The notes under the pieces were generated by a model. It was not told the DNA's origin. It was given only the letters and a program-made list of their open reading frames with translations, and ran no database searches. 64,000 nt of DNA from assembly GCA_964016885.1 (NCBI GenBank), contig OZ024744.1, forward strand, positions 57,412,001 through 57,476,000. Reading direction: 5' to 3'. This DNA comes from Eledone cirrhosa. Its lineage: Eukaryota. Positions within the stretch are counted from its first letter, which is position 1. Each line of letters starts with the position of its first letter. Position numbers and translations under genes: made by a program. Positions 38,868 through 56,588 of the stretch are shown here, one piece after another.

Positions 38868-41800
38868 TGATGATGGTTACAATGTGATGGTTACAGTGAT
38901 GATGGTTACAATGTGATGGTTACAGTGATGATGGTTACAATGTGATGGTTACAGTGATGATGGTTACAGTGTGATGGTTACAGTGATGATGGTTACAATG
39001 TGATGGTTACAGTGATGATGGTTACAGTGATGATGGTTACAATGTGATGGTTACAGTGATGATGGTTACCATGATGATGGTTACAATGATGATGGTTACA
39101 ATGATGATGGTTACAATGTGATGGTTACAGTGATGATGGTTACAATGTGATGGTTACAGTGATGATGGTTACAATGTGATGGTTACAGTGATGATGGTTA
39201 CAATGTGATGGTTACAGTGATGATGGTTACAGTGATGATGGTTACCATGATGATGGTTACAGTGATGATGGTTACAATGTGATGGTTACAGTGATGATGG
39301 TTACAATGTGATGATTACAATGATGATGGTTACAATGTGATGGTTACAGTGATGATGGTTACAATGTGATGGTTACAGTGATGATGGTTACAGTGATGAT
39401 GGTTACCATGATGATGGTTACAATGATGATGGTTACAGTGATGATGGTTACAATGTGATGGTTACAGTGATGATGGTTACAATGTGATGGTTACAGTGAT
39501 GATGGTTACAATGTGATGGTTACAGTGATGATGGTTACAGTGATGATGGTTACCATGATGATGGTTACAATGATGATGGTTACAGTGATGATGGTTACAA
39601 TGTGATGGTTACAGTGATGATGGTTACAATGTGATGGTTACAGTGATGATGGTTACAATGTGATGGTTACAGTGATGATGGTTACAATGTGATGGTTACC
39701 ATGATGATGGTTACAATGATGATGGTTACAGTGATGATGGTTACAATGTGATGGTTACAGTGATGATGGTTACAATGTGATGGTTACAATGATGATGGTT
39801 ACAATGTGATGGTTACAGTGATGATGGTTACAATGTGATGGTTACAGTGATGATGGTTACAGTGATGATGGTTACCATGATGATGGTTACAATGATGATG
39901 GTTACAGTGATGATGGTTACAATGTGATGGTTACAGTGATGATGGTTACAATGTGATGGTTACAGTGATGATGGTTACAGTGATGATGGTTACAATGATG
40001 ATGGTTACAATGTGATGGTTACAGTGATGATGGTTACAGTGATGATGGTTACCATGATGATGGTTACAATGATGATGGTTACAGTGATGATGGTTACAAT
40101 GTGATGGTTACAGTGATGATGGTTACAATGTGATGGTTACAGTGATGATGGTTACAGTGATGATGGTTACAATGTGATGGTTACAGTGATGATGGTTACA
40201 GTGATGATGGTTACCATGATGATGGTTACAATGATGATGGTTACAGTGATGATGGTTACAATGTGATGGTTACAGTGATGATGGTTACAATGTGATGGTT
40301 ACAGTGATGATGGTTACAGTGATGATGGTTACAATGTGATGGTTACAGTGATGATGGTTACAATGTGATGGTTACAGTGATGATGGTTACAATGATGATG
40401 GTTACAATGATGATGGTTACAGTGATGATGGTTACAGTGATGATGGTTACCATGATGATGGTTACAATGATGGTTACAGTGATGATGGTTACAGTGATGA
40501 TGGTTACAATGTGATGGTTACAGTGATGATGGTTACAATGTGATGGTTACAGTGATGATGGTTACAATGATGATGGTTACAGTGATGATGGTTACAATGT
40601 GATGGTTACAGTGATGATGGTTACAATGATGATGGTTACAATGATGATGGTTACAGTGATGATGGTTACAGTGATGATGGTTACCATGATGATGGTTACA
40701 ATGATGGTTACAGTGATGATGGTTACAGTGATGGTGGTTACAATGTGATGGTTACGATGATGATGGTTACAATTATGGTGGTTACAGTGATGATGGTTAC
40801 AATGTGATGGTTACAATGATGATGGTGACAATGTGATGGTTACAGTGATGATGGTTACAGTGTGATGGTTACAGTGATGATGGTTACAGTGATGATGGTT
40901 ACAATGATGATGGTTACAATGATGATGGTTACAATGATGATGGTTACAATGATGATGGTTACAATGATGATGGTTACAATGTGATGATTACAATGATGAT
41001 GGTTACAGTGATGATGGTTACAATGATGATGGTTACAATGTGATGGTTACAATGATGATGGTGACAATGATGATGGTTACAGTGATGATGGTTACAACGA
41101 TGATGGTTACAATGATGATGGTTACAATGTGATGGTTACAGTGATGATGGTTACAGTGATGATGGTTACAATGTGATGGTTACAGTGATGATGGTTACAA
41201 TGATGATGGTTACAGTGATGATGGTTACAATGTGATGGTTACAATGATGATGGTTACAATGATGATGGTGACAATGATGATGGTTACAATGATGATGGTT
41301 ACAGTGATGATGGTTACAATGATGATGGTTACAGTGATGATGGTTACAATGATGATGGTTACAGTGATGATGGTTACAGTGATGGTTACAATGATGATGA
41401 TGACAATGTGATGGTTACAGTGATGATGGTTACAATGATGATGGTTACAGTGATGGTGGTTACAATGATGATGGTTACAGTGATGATGGTTACAATGATC
41501 ATGGTTACAGTGATGATGGTTACAATGATGATGGTTACAGTGATGATGGTTACAATGATGATGGTTACAGTGATGATGGTTACAATGTGATGGTTACAGT
41601 GATGATGGTTACAGTGATGATGGTTACAATGATGATGGTTACAATGTGATGGTTACAGTGATGATGGTTACAGTGATGGTTACAATGATGATGATGACAA
41701 TGTGATGGTTACAGTGATGATGGTTACAATGATGATGGTTACAATGATGATGGTTACAATGATGATGGTTACAGTGAAGATGGTTACAGTGATGATGGTT

Positions 41801-44800
41801 ACAGTGATGGTTACAATGATGATGATGACAATGTGATGGTTACAGTGATGATGGTTACAATGATGATGGTTACAGTGATGGTGGTTACAATGATGATGGT
41901 TACAGTGATGATGGTTACAATGATGATGGTTACAATGTGATGATTACAATGATGATGGTTACAGTGATGATGGTTACAATGATGATGGTTACAATGTGAT
42001 GGTTACAATGATGATGGTGACAATGATGATGGTTACAGTGATGATGGTTACAACGATGATGGTTACAATGATGATGGTTACAATGTGATGGTTACAGTGA
42101 TGATGGTTACAGTGATGATGGTTACAATGTGATGGTTACAATGATGATGGTTACAATGATGATGGTTACAATGATGATGGTTACAGTGATGATGGTTACA
42201 ATGTGATGGTTACAATGATGATGGTTACAGTGATGATGGTTACAGTGATGATGGTTACAGTGATGATGGTTACAATGATGATGGTTACAATGTGATGGTT
42301 ACAGTGATGATGGTTACAGTGATGATGGTTACAATGTGAGGGTTACAATTATAAAGGTTACAATGTTGGTGGTTACAATGATGATGGTTACAATGATGAT
42401 GGTTACAATGATGATGGTTACAATGATGGTGGTTACAGTGATGATGGTTACAGTGATGATGGTTACAATGATGATGGTTACAATGATGATGGTTACAATG
42501 ATGGTGGTCAATGATGATGGTTACAATGTGATGGTTACAATGATGATGGTTACAATGATGATGGTTACAATGTGATGGTTACAATGATGATGGTGACAAT
42601 GATGATGGTTACAGTGATGATGGTTACAATGATGATGGTTACAATGATGATGGTTACAATGTGATGGTTACAGTGATGATGGTTTCAGTGATGATGGTTA
42701 CAATGATCATGGTTACAATGACGGTGGTTACAGTGATGATGGTTACAATGTGATGGTTACAGTGATGATGGTTACAATGATGATGGTTACAGTGATGATG
42801 GTTACAGTGATGATGGTTACAATGATGATGGTTACAATGATGATGGTTACAATGATGATGGTTACAATGATGATGGTTACAATGATGATGGTTACAGTGA
42901 TGATGGTTACAATGATGATGGTTACAATGTGATGGTTACAGTGATGATGGTTACAATGTGATGGTTACAATGATGATGGTTACAGTGATGATGGTTACAG
43001 TGATGATGGTTACAATGATCATGGTTACAGTGATGATGGTTACAATGATGATGGTTACAATGATGATGGTTACAATGTGATGGTTACAGTGATGATGGTT
43101 TCAGTAATGATGGTTACAATGATGATGGTTACAGTGATGATGGTTACAGTGATGATGGTTACAATGATGATGGTTACAGTGATGATGGTTACAGTGATGA
43201 TGGTTACAATGATGATGGTTACAATGATGATGGTTACAATGATGATGGTTACAATGATGATGGTTACAGTGATGATGGTTACAATGATGATGGTTACAAT
43301 GATGATGGTTACAATGATGATGGTTACAGTGATGATGGTTACAATGATGATGGTTACAATGTGATGTTTACAGTGATGATGGTTACAATGTGATGGTTAC
43401 AATGATGATGGTTACAGTGATGATGGTTACAGTGATGATGGTTACAATGATCATGGTTACAATGACGGTGGTTACAATGATGATGGTTACAGTGATGATG
43501 GTTACAGTGATGATGGTTACAATGTGATGGTTACAATGATGATGGTTACAATGATGGTGGTTACAATGTGATGGTTACAGTGATGATGGTTACAATGTGA
43601 TGGTTACAGTGATGATGGTTACAATGTGATGTATACAATGATGATGGTTACAGTGATGATGGTTACAGTGATGATGGTTACCATGTGATGGTTACAATGA
43701 TGATGGTGATAATGTGATGGTTACAATGTGATGGTTACAATGGTGATGGTTACAATGATGATGATTACAGTGATGATGGTTACAATGATGATGGTTACCA
43801 TGATGATGGTTACAATGATGATGGTTACAATGATGATGGTGAGAATGTGATGGTTACAATGATCATGGTTACAATGATCATGGTTACAAGGATGATGGTT
43901 ACAGTGATGATGGTTACAATGATGATGGTTACCATGATGATGGTTACAATGATGATGGTTACAATGATGATGGTGACAATGTGATGGTTACAATGATGAT
44001 GGTTACAATGTGATGGTTACAATGATGATGGTTACAGTGATGATGGTTACAATGATGATGGTTACAATGATGATGGTTTTAATGTGATGGTTACAATGGT
44101 GATGGTTACAGTGATGATGGTTACAATGTGATGGTTACAATGATGATGGTGATAATGATGATGGTTACAGTGATGATGGTTACAGTGATGATGGTTACAA
44201 TGATGATGGTTACAATGATGATGGTTTTAATGTGATGGTTACAATGGTGATGGTTACAGTGATGATGGTTACAATGTGATGGTTACAATGATGATGGTTA
44301 CAATGATGATGGTTACAGTGATGATGGTTACAATAATGATGGTTACAATGATGATGGTTACCATGATGATGGTTACAATGACGATGGTTACCATGTGATG
44401 GTTACAAGGTGATGATGGTGACAATGATGATGGTTACAATGTTGGTGGTTATAACGTGATGGTTACAATGTGATGGTTACAATGATGATGGTGACAATGT
44501 GATGGTTACAATGATGATGGTTTCAATGATGATGGTGACAATGTGATGGTTACAGTGATGATGGTTACAATGATGATGGTTACAATGATGGTGGTTACAA
44601 TGATGATGGTTACAATGATGATGGTTACCATGTGATGGTTACAGTGATGATGGTGACAATGATGATGGTTACAATGTTGGTGGTTACCATGTGATGGTTA
44701 CAATGTGATGATTACAATGATGATGGTTACAGTGATGATGGTTACCATGATGATGGTTACAATGATGATGGTTACCATGTGATGGTTACAGTGATGATGG

Positions 44801-44990
44801 TTACAATGATGATGGTTACAATGTTGGTGGTTACAATGTGATGGTTACAATGTGATGGTTACAATGTGATGGTTACAATGATGATGGTTACAGTGATGAT
44901 GGTTACCATGATGATGGTTACAATGATGATGGTTACCATGTGATGGTTACAGTGATGATGGTGACAATGATGATGGCTACCCTGATGATG
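38868..44990. repeat. 14/15-bp minisatellite array (GATGATGGTTACA(G/A)T and GTGATGGTTACA(G/A)T)
   Basis: ~6.1 kb uninterrupted tandem array, more homogeneous on the left. Confidence 0.97.
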
Positions 44991-45127
44991 ACAATAACAA
45001 AATATACAATTAACCCAGAAATGTGATTTTTCAATATAGTTCCTTTGCATCTATTCTTTTTCTTCTATTCCTATGGTTCTCAGAGTGCCAGGTCACATTC
45101 TTTGTCTTGTAATCCTAGGTCTATGAA

Positions 45128-45450
45128 GGCATATGGCTTAGTGATTAGAGCATTGGGCTTACAATTGGAAGGTTGTGAGTTCCATTCTCGGACCGGATGA
45201 TTCGTTGTGTCCCTGAGAAAGACTCTTTATTTCCTGTTGCTTTAGCTGTAGAAATGAATTGTGACATCAATGGTGCCAAGCTGTATCAGCTTTGGCTTTC
45301 TCTTGGACAACATTGGTGGTGTGGAGAGGAGAGGCTGGTATGCATGGGTGACTGCTGGGCTTCCACAAACAACTTTGCCCAGACTTATTCCTCGAAGGGA
45401 AACTTTCTAGGTGCAAATCCCATGGTCATTCGTGACCAAATGGGGGTCTC
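45128..45450 (+). mobile_element. CORE-type tRNA SINE, diverged
   Basis: GGCATATGGCTTAGTGATTAGAGCATTGGGC...GGTTGTGAGTTCCATTC head and core remnant. Confidence 0.75.
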
Positions 45451-48400
45451 TACTCCTTTTAATCACAGGTCTCCTCAATTTCTCCATACTTAGAGTTGTT
45501 CACTATTAATTGTTCATCCAAGCACCATATTAACATGAGTAAGCTTTTCAAACCTCAACAATTGTATAGTTCCAAACAGATTAAGTCTGAAGCAGAATTG
45601 CTTTAGTTGGGTATATTAGTATTTCATGTGATATATATATAATATATACTATATTTGGGAATATTAGTATTTCATGTGATATATATAATATATACTATAT
45701 TTGGGTATATTAGTATTTCATGTGATATATATAATATATACTATAGTTGGGTATATTAGTATTTCATGTGATATATATATAATATATACTATAGTTGGGA
45801 ATATTAGTATTTCATGTGATATATATATAATATATACTATATTTGGGAATATTAGTATTTCATGTGATATATATAATATATACTATAGTTGGGTATATTA
45901 GAATTTCATGTGATATATATATAATATATACTATAGTTGGGTATATTAGTATTTCATGTGATATATATGTAATATATACTATAGTTGGGTATATTAGTAT
46001 TTCATGTGATATATATAATATATACTATAGTTGGGAATATTAGTATTTCATGTGATATATATAATATATACTATATTTGGGTATATTAGTATTTCATGTG
46101 ATATATATAATATATACTATAGTTGGGAATATTATTATTTCATGTGATATATATATAATATATACTATATTTGGGAATATTAGTATTTCATGTGATATAT
46201 ATAATGTATACTATAGTTGGGTATATTAGAATTTTATGTGATATATATATAATATATACTATAGTTGGGTATATTAGTATTTCATGTGATATATATATAA
46301 TATATACTATATTTGGGTATATTAGTATTTCATGTGATATATATATAATATATACTATAGTTGGGTATATTAGTATTTCATGTGATATATATATAATATA
46401 TACTATAGTTGGGTATATTAGTATTTCATGTGATATATATAATATATACTATATTTGGGAATATTAGAATTTTATGTGATATATATATAATATATACTAT
46501 AGTTGGGTATATTAGTATTTCATGTGATATATATATAATATATACTATATTTGGGTATATTAGTATTTCATGTGATATATATATAATATATACTATAGTT
46601 GGGTATATTAGTATTTCATGTGATATATATATAATATATACTATAGTTGGGTATATTAGTATTTCATGTGATATATATAATATATACTATATTTGGGAAT
46701 ATTAGTATTTCATGTGATATATATAATATATACTATATTTGGGTATATTAGTATTTCATGTGATATATATAATATATACTATAGTTGGGAATATTAGTAT
46801 TTCATGTGATATATATATAATATATACTATATTTGGGTATATTAGTATTTCATGTGATATATATATAATTTATACTTTAGTTGGGTATATTAGTATTTCA
46901 TGATATATATATATATATATATATACTTTAGTTGGGTATATTAGTATTTCATGTGATATATATATAATATATACTATAGTTGGGTATATTAGTATTTCAT
47001 GTGATATATATAATATATACTATAGTTGGGTATATTAGTATTTCATGTGATATATATATAATATATACTATAGTTGGGTATATTGGTATTTCATGTGTTA
47101 TATATATAATATATACTATAGATGGGTATATTGGTATTTCATGTGATATATATATATATATACTATAGTTGGGTATATTAGAATTTCATGTGATATATAA
47201 ATAATATATACTATAGTTGGGTATATTAGTATTTCATGTGATATATATATATATACTATAGTTGGGTATATTAGTATTTCATGTGATATATATAATATAT
47301 ACTATAGTTGGGTATATTAGTATTTCATGTGATATATATATAATATATACTATAGTTGGGTATATTGGTATTTCATGTGTTATATATATAATATATACTA
47401 TAGTTGGGTATATTGGTATTTCATGTGATATATATATATATACTATAGTTGGGTATATTAGAATTTCATGTGATATATATATAATATATACTATAGTTGG
47501 GTATATTAGTATTTCATGTGATATATATATATATACTATAGTTGGGTATATTAGTATTTCATGTGATATATATAATATATACTATAGTTGGGTATATTAG
47601 TATTTCATGTGATATATATATAATATATACTTTAGTTGGGTATATTAGTATTTCATGTGATATATATATAATATTTACTATAGTTGGGTATATTGGTATT
47701 TCATGTGATATATATATAATATATACTTTAGTTGGGTATATTAGTATTTCATGTGATATATATATAATTTATACTTTAGTTGGGTATATTAGTATTTCAT
47801 GTGATATATATGTAATATATACTATAGTTGGGTATATTAGTATTTCATGTGATATATATATAATATATACTTTAGTTGGGTATGTTAGTATTTCATGTGA
47901 TATATATATAATATATACTATAGTTGTGTATATTGGTATTTCATGTGATATATATAATATATACTTTAGTTGGGTATATTAGTATTTCATGTGATATATA
48001 TATAATATATACTTTAGTTGGGTATATTAGTATTTCATGTGATATATATATAATATATACTATAGTTGGGTATATTAGTATTTCATGTGATATATATAAT
48101 ATATACTATAGTTGGGTATATTAGTATTTCATGTGATATATATAATATATACTTTAGTTGGGTATATTAGTATTTCATGTGATATATATATAATATATAA
48201 TTTAGTTGGGTATATTAGTATTTCATTTGATATATATAATATATACTATAGTTGGGTATATTAGTATTTCATGTGATATATATATATATATATATACTAT
48301 AGTTGGGTATATTAGTATTTCATGTGATATATATAATATATACTATAGTTGGGTATATTAGTATTTCATGTGATATATATATAATATATACTATAGTTGG

Positions 48401-51400
48401 GTATATTGGTATTTCATGTGATATATATATAATATATACTATAGTTGGGTATATTGGTATTTCATGTGATATATATATATATACTATAGTTGGGTATATT
48501 AGAATTTCATGTGATATATATATAATATATACTATAGTTGGGTATATTAGTATTTCATGTGATATATATATAATATATACTATAGTTGGGTATATTAGTA
48601 TTTCATGTGATATATATAATATATACTATAGTTGGGTATATTAGTATTTCATGTGATATATATAATATATACTTTAGTTGGGTATATTAGTATTTCATGT
48701 GATATATATATAATATATAATTTAGTTGGGTATATTAGTATTTCATTTGATATATATAATATATACTATAGTTGGGTATATTAGTATTTCATGTGATATA
48801 TATATAATATTTACTATTGTTGGGTATATTGGTATTTCATGTGATATATATAATATATACTTTAGTTGGGTATATTAGTATTTCATGTGATATATATATA
48901 ATATATACTATAGTTGGGTATATTGGTATTTCATGTGATATATATATAATATATACTATAGTTGGGTATATTGGTATTTCATGTGATATATATATATATA
49001 CTATAGTTGGGTATATTAGAATTTCATGTGATATATATATAATATATACTATAGTTGGGTATATTAGTATTTCATGTGATATATATATAATATATACTTT
49101 AGTTGGGTATATTGGTATTTCATGTGATATATATATATACTATAGTTGGGTATATTAGTATTTCATGTGATATATATAATATATACTATAGTTGGGTATA
49201 TTAGTATTTCATGTGATATATATATAATACATACTTTAGTTGGGTATATTAGTATTTCATGTGATATATATATAATATTTACTATAGTTGGGTATATTGG
49301 TATTTCATGTGATATATATAATATATACTTTAGTTGGGTATATTAGTATTTCATGTGATATATATATATAATTTATACTTTAGTTGGGTATATTAGTATT
49401 TCATGTCATATATATATAATATATACTATAGTTGGGTATATTAGTATTTCATGTGATATATATAATATATACTTTAGTTGGGTATATTAGTATTTCTTGT
49501 GATATATATAATATATACTATTGTTGGGTATATTAGTATTTCATGTGATATATATATAATATATACTATAGTTGGGTATATTAATATTTCATGTGATATA
49601 TATATAATATATACTATAGTTGGGTATATTAAAATTTCATGTGATATATATATAATATATACTATAGTTGGGTATATTAGTATTTCATGTGATATATATA
49701 ATATATACTATAGTTGGGTATATTAGTATTTCATGTGATATATATATAATACATACTTTAGTTGGGTATATTAGTATTTCATGTGATATATATATAATAT
49801 TTACTATTGTTGGGTATATTGGTATTTCATGTGATATATATAATATATACTTTAGTTGGGTATATTAGTATTTCATGTGATATATATATAATTTATACTT
49901 TAGTTGGGTATATTAGTATTTCATGTGATATATATATAATATATACTATAGTTGGGTATATTAGTATTTCATGTGATATATATAATATATACTTTAGTTG
50001 GGTATATTAGTATTTCTTGTGATATATATAATATATACTATTGTTGGGTATATTAGTATTTCATGTGATATATATATAATATATACTATAGTTGGGTATA
50101 TTAATATTTCATGTGATATATATATAATATATACTATAGTTGGGTATATTAAAATTTCATGTGATATATATATAATATATACTATAGTTGGGTATATTAG
50201 TATTTCATGTGATATATATATAATTTATACTTTAGTTGGGTATATTAGTATTTCATGATATATATATATAATATATACTTTAGTTGGGTATATTAGTATT
50301 TCATGTGATATATATATAATATATACTATAGTTGGGTATATTAGTATTTCATGTGATATATATGTAATATATACTATAGTTGGGTATATTAGTATTTCAT
50401 GTGATATATATAATATATACTATAGTTGGGAATATTAGTATTTCATGTGATATATATAATATATACTATATTTGGGTATATTAGTATTTCATGTGATATA
50501 TATAATATATACTATAGTTGGGAATATTATTATTTCATGTGATATATATATAATATATACTATATTTGGGAATATTAGTATTTCATGTGATATATATAAT
50601 GTATACTATAGTTGGGTATATTAGAATTTTATGTGATATATATATAATATATACTATAGTTGGGTATATTAGTATTTCATGTGATATATATATAATATAT
50701 ACTATATTTGGGTATATTAGTATTTCATGTGATATATATATAATATATACTATAGTTGGGTATATTAGTATTTCATGTGATATATATATAATATATACTA
50801 TAGTTGGGTATATTAGTATTTCATGTGATATATATAATATATACTATATTTGGGAATATTAGAATTTTATGTGATATATATATAATATATACTATAGTTG
50901 GGTATATTAGTATTTCATGTGATATATATATAATATATACTATATTTGGGTATATTAGTATTTCATGTGATATATATATAATATATACTATAGTTGGGTA
51001 TATTAGTATTTCATGTGATATATATATAATATATACTATAGTTGGGTATATTAGTATTTCATGTGATATATATAATATATACTATATTTGGGAATATTAG
51101 TATTTCATGTGATATATATAATATATACTATATTTGGGTATATTAGTATTTCATGTGATATATATAATATATACTATAGTTGGGAATATTAGTATTTCAT
51201 GTGATATATATATAATATATACTATATTTGGGTATATTAGTATTTCATGTGATATATATATAATTTATACTTTAGTTGGGTATATTAGTATTTCATGATA
51301 TATATATATATAATATATACTTTAGCTGGGTATATTAGTATTTCATGTGATATATATATAATATATACTATAGTTGGGTATATTAGTATTTCATGTGATA

Positions 51401-54400
51401 TATATAATATATACTATAGTTGGGTATATTAGTATTTCATGTGATATATATATAATATATACTATAGTTGGGTATATTGGTATTTCATGTGTTATATATA
51501 TAATATATACTATAGTTGGGTATATTGGTATTTCATGTGATATATATATATATATACTATAGTTGGGTATATTAGAATTTCATGTGATATATAAATAATA
51601 TATACTATAGTTGGGTATATTAGTATTTCATGTGATATATATATATATACTATAGTTGGGTATATTAGTATTTCATGTGATATATATAATATATACTATA
51701 GTTGGGTATATTAGTATTTCATGTGATATATATATAATATATACTATAGTTGGGTATATTGGTATGTCATGTGTTATATATATAATATATACTATAGTTG
51801 GGTATATTGGTATTTCATGTGATATATATATATATACTATAGTTGGGTATATTAGAATTTCATGTGATATATATATAATATATACTATAGTTGGGTATAT
51901 TAGTATTTCATGTGATATATATATATATACTATAGTTGGGTATATTAGTATTTCATGTGATATATATAATATATACTATAGTTGGGTATATTAGTATTTC
52001 ATGTGATATATATATAATATATACTTTAGTTGGGTATATTAGTATTTCATGTGATATATATATAATATTTACTATAGTTGGGTATATTGGTATTTCATGT
52101 GATATATATATAATATATACTTTAGTTGGGTATATTAGTATTTCATGTGATATATATATAATTTATACTTTAGTTGGGTATATTAGTATTTCATGTGTTA
52201 TATATGTAATATATACTATAGTTGGGTATATTAGTATTTCATGTGATATATATATAATATATACTTTAGTTGGGTATGTTAGTATTTCATGTGATATATA
52301 TATAATATATACTATAGTTGTGTATATTGGTATTTCATGTGATATATATAATATATACTTTAGTTGGGTATATTAGTATTTCATGTGATATATATATAAT
52401 ATATACTTTAGTTGGGTATATTAGTATTTCATGTGATATATATATAATATATACTATAGTTGGGTATATTAGTATTTCATGTGATATATATAATATATAC
52501 TATAGTTGGGTATATTAGTATTTCATGTGATATATATAATATATACTTTAGTTGGGTATATTAGTATTTCATGTGATATATATATAATATATAATTTAGT
52601 TGGGTATATTAGTATTTCATTTGATATATATAATATATACTATAGTTGGGTATATTAGTATTTCATGTGATATATATATATATATATATACTATAGTTGG
52701 GTATATTAGTATTTCATGTGATATATATAATATATACTATAGTTGGGTATATTAGTATTTCATGTGATATATATATAATATATACTATAGTTGGGTATAT
52801 TGGTATTTCATGTGATATATATATAATATATACTATAGTTGGGTATATTGGTATTTCATGTGATATATATATATATACTATAGTTGGGTATATTAGAATT
52901 TCATGTGATATATATATAATATATACTATAGTTGGGTATATTAGTATTTCATGTGATATATATATAATATATACTATAGTTGGGTATATTAGTATTTCAT
53001 GTGATATATATAATATATACTATAGTTGGGTATATTAGTATTTCATGTGATATATATAATATATACTTTAGTTGGGTATATTAGTATTTCATGTGATATA
53101 TATATAATATATAATTTAGTTGGGTATATTAGTATTTCATATGATATATATAATATATACTATAGTTGGGTATATTAGTATTTCATGTGATATATATATA
53201 ATATTTACTATTGTTGGGTATATTGGTATTTCATGTGATATATATAATATATACTTTAGTTGGGTATATTAGTATTTCATGTGATATATATATAATATAT
53301 ACTATAGTTGGGTATATTGGTATTTCATGTGATATATATATAATATATACTATAGTTGGGTATATTGGTATTTCATGTGATATATATATATATACTATAG
53401 TTGGGTATATTAGAATTTCATGTGATATATATATAATATATACTATAGTTGGGTATATTAGTATTTCATGTGATATATATATAATATATACTTTAGTTGG
53501 GTATATTGGTATTTCATGTGATATATATATATACTATAGTTGGGTATATTAGTATTTCATGTGATATATATAATATATACTATAGTTGGGTATATTAGTA
53601 TTTCATGTGATATATATATAATACATACTTTAGTTGGGTATATTAGTATTTCATGTGATATATATATAATATTTACTATAGTTGGGTATATTGGTATTTC
53701 ATGTGATATATATAATATATACTTTAGTTGGGTATATTAGTATTTCATGTGATATATATATTTAATTTATACTTTAGTTGGGTATATTAGTATTTCATGT
53801 CATATATATATAATATATACTATAGTTGGGTATATTAGTATTTCATGTGATATATATAATATATACTTTAGTTGGGTATATTAGTATTTCTTGTGATATA
53901 TATAATATATACTATTGTTGGGTATATTAGTATTTCATGTGATATATATATAATATATACTATAGTTGGGTATATTAATATTTCATGTGATATATATATA
54001 ATATATACTATAGTTGGGTATATTAAAATTTCATGTGATATATATATAATATATACTATAGTTGGGTATATTAGTATTTCATGTGATATATATAATATAT
54101 ACTATAGTTGGGTATATTAGTATTTCATGTGATATATATATAATACATACTTTAGTTGGGTATATTAGTATTTCATGTGATATATATATAATATTTACTA
54201 TTGTTGGGTATATTGGTATTTCATGTGATATATATAATATATACTTTAGTTGGGTATATTAGTATTTCATGTGATATATATATAATTTATACTTTAGTTG
54301 GGTATATTAGTATTTCATGTGATATATATATAATATATACTATAGTTGGGTATATTAGTATTTCATGTGATATATATAATATATACTTTAGTTGGGTATA

Positions 54401-54793
54401 TTAGTATTTCTTGTGATATATATAATATATACTATTGTTGGGTATATTAGTATTTCATGTGATATATATATAATATATACTATAGTTGGGTATATTAATA
54501 TTTCATGTGATATATATATAATATATACTATAGTTGGGTATATTAAAATTTCATGTGATATATATATAATATATACTATAGTTGGGTATATTAGTATTTC
54601 ATGTGATATATATATAATTTATACTTTAGTTGGGTATATTAGTATTTCATGATATATATATATAATATATACTTTAGTTGGGTATATTAGTATTTCATGT
54701 GATATATATATAATATATACTATAGTTGGGTATATTAGTATTTCATGTGATATATATAATATATACTATAGTTGGGTATATTAGTATTTCATG

Positions 54794-54853
<60 letters not shown>

Positions 54854-56588
54854 TATACTTGGGTATATTAGTATTTCATGTGATATATATAATATATACT
54901 ATAGTTGGGTATATTAGTATTTCATGTGATATATATATAATATATACTATAGTTGGGTATATTGGTATTTCATGTGTTATATATATAATATATACTATAG
55001 TTGGGTATATTGGTATTTCATGTGATATATATATATATACTATAGTTGGGTATATTAGAATTTCATGTGATATATAAATAATATATACTATAGTTGGGTA
55101 TATTAGTATTTCATGTGATATATATATATATATACTATAGTTGGGTATATTAGTATTACATGTGATATATATAATATATACTATGGTTGGGTATATTAGT
55201 ATTTCATGTGATATATATATAATATATACTTTAGTTGGGTATATTAGTATTTCATGTGATATATATATAATATATACTTTAGTTGGGTATATTAGTATTT
55301 CATGTGATATATATATAATATATACTATAGTTGGGTATATTAGTATTTCATGTGATATATATAATATATACTATAGTTGTGTATATTAGTATTTCATGTG
55401 ATATATATAATATATACTTTATTTGGGTATATTAGTATTTCATGTGATATATATATAATATATACTTTAGTTGGGTATATTAGTATTTCATTTGATATAT
55501 ATAATATATACTATAGTTCGGTATATTAGTATTTCATGTGATATATATATATATATATACTATAGTTGGGTATATTAGAATTTCATGTGATATATATATA
55601 ATATATACTATAGTTGGGTATATTGGTATTTCATGTGATATATATATATAATATATACTATAGTTGGGTATATTGGTATTTCAAGTGATATATATATATA
55701 TACTATAGTTGGGTATATTAGAATTTCATGTGATATATATATAATATATACTATAGTTGGGTATATTAGTATTTCATGTGATATATATATAATATATACT
55801 TTAGTTGGGTATATTGGTATTTCATGTGATATATATATATACTATAGTTGGGTATATTAGTATTTCATGTGATATATATAATATATACTATAGTTGGGTA
55901 TATTAGTATTTCATGTGATATATATATAATATTTACTATAGTTGGGTATATTGGTATTTCATGTGATATATATAATATATACTTTAGTTGGGTATATTAG
56001 TATTTCATGTGATATATATATAATTTATACTTTAGTTGGGTATATTAGTATTTCATGTGATATATATGTAATATATACTATAGTTGGGTATATTAGTATT
56101 TCATGTGATATATATAATATATACTTTAGTTGGGTATATTAGTATTTCATGTGATATATATAATATATACCATTGTTGGGTATATTAGTATTTCATGTGA
56201 TATATATATAATATATACTATAGTTGGGTATATTAGTATTTCATGTGATATATATATAATATATACTATAGTTGGGTATATTAATATTTCATGTGATATA
56301 TATATATATACTATAGTTGGGTATATTAGTATTTCATGTGATATATATAATATATACTTTAGTTGAGTATATTGGTATTTCATGTGATATATATAATATA
56401 TACTATAGTTGGGTATATTAGTATTTCATGTGATATATATATAATATATACTATAGTTGGGTATATTAGTATTTCATGTGATATATATATAATATATACT
56501 TTAGTTGGGTATATTGGTATTTCATGTGATATATATAATATATACTATAGTTGGGTATATTAGTATTTCATGTGATATATATACATAA

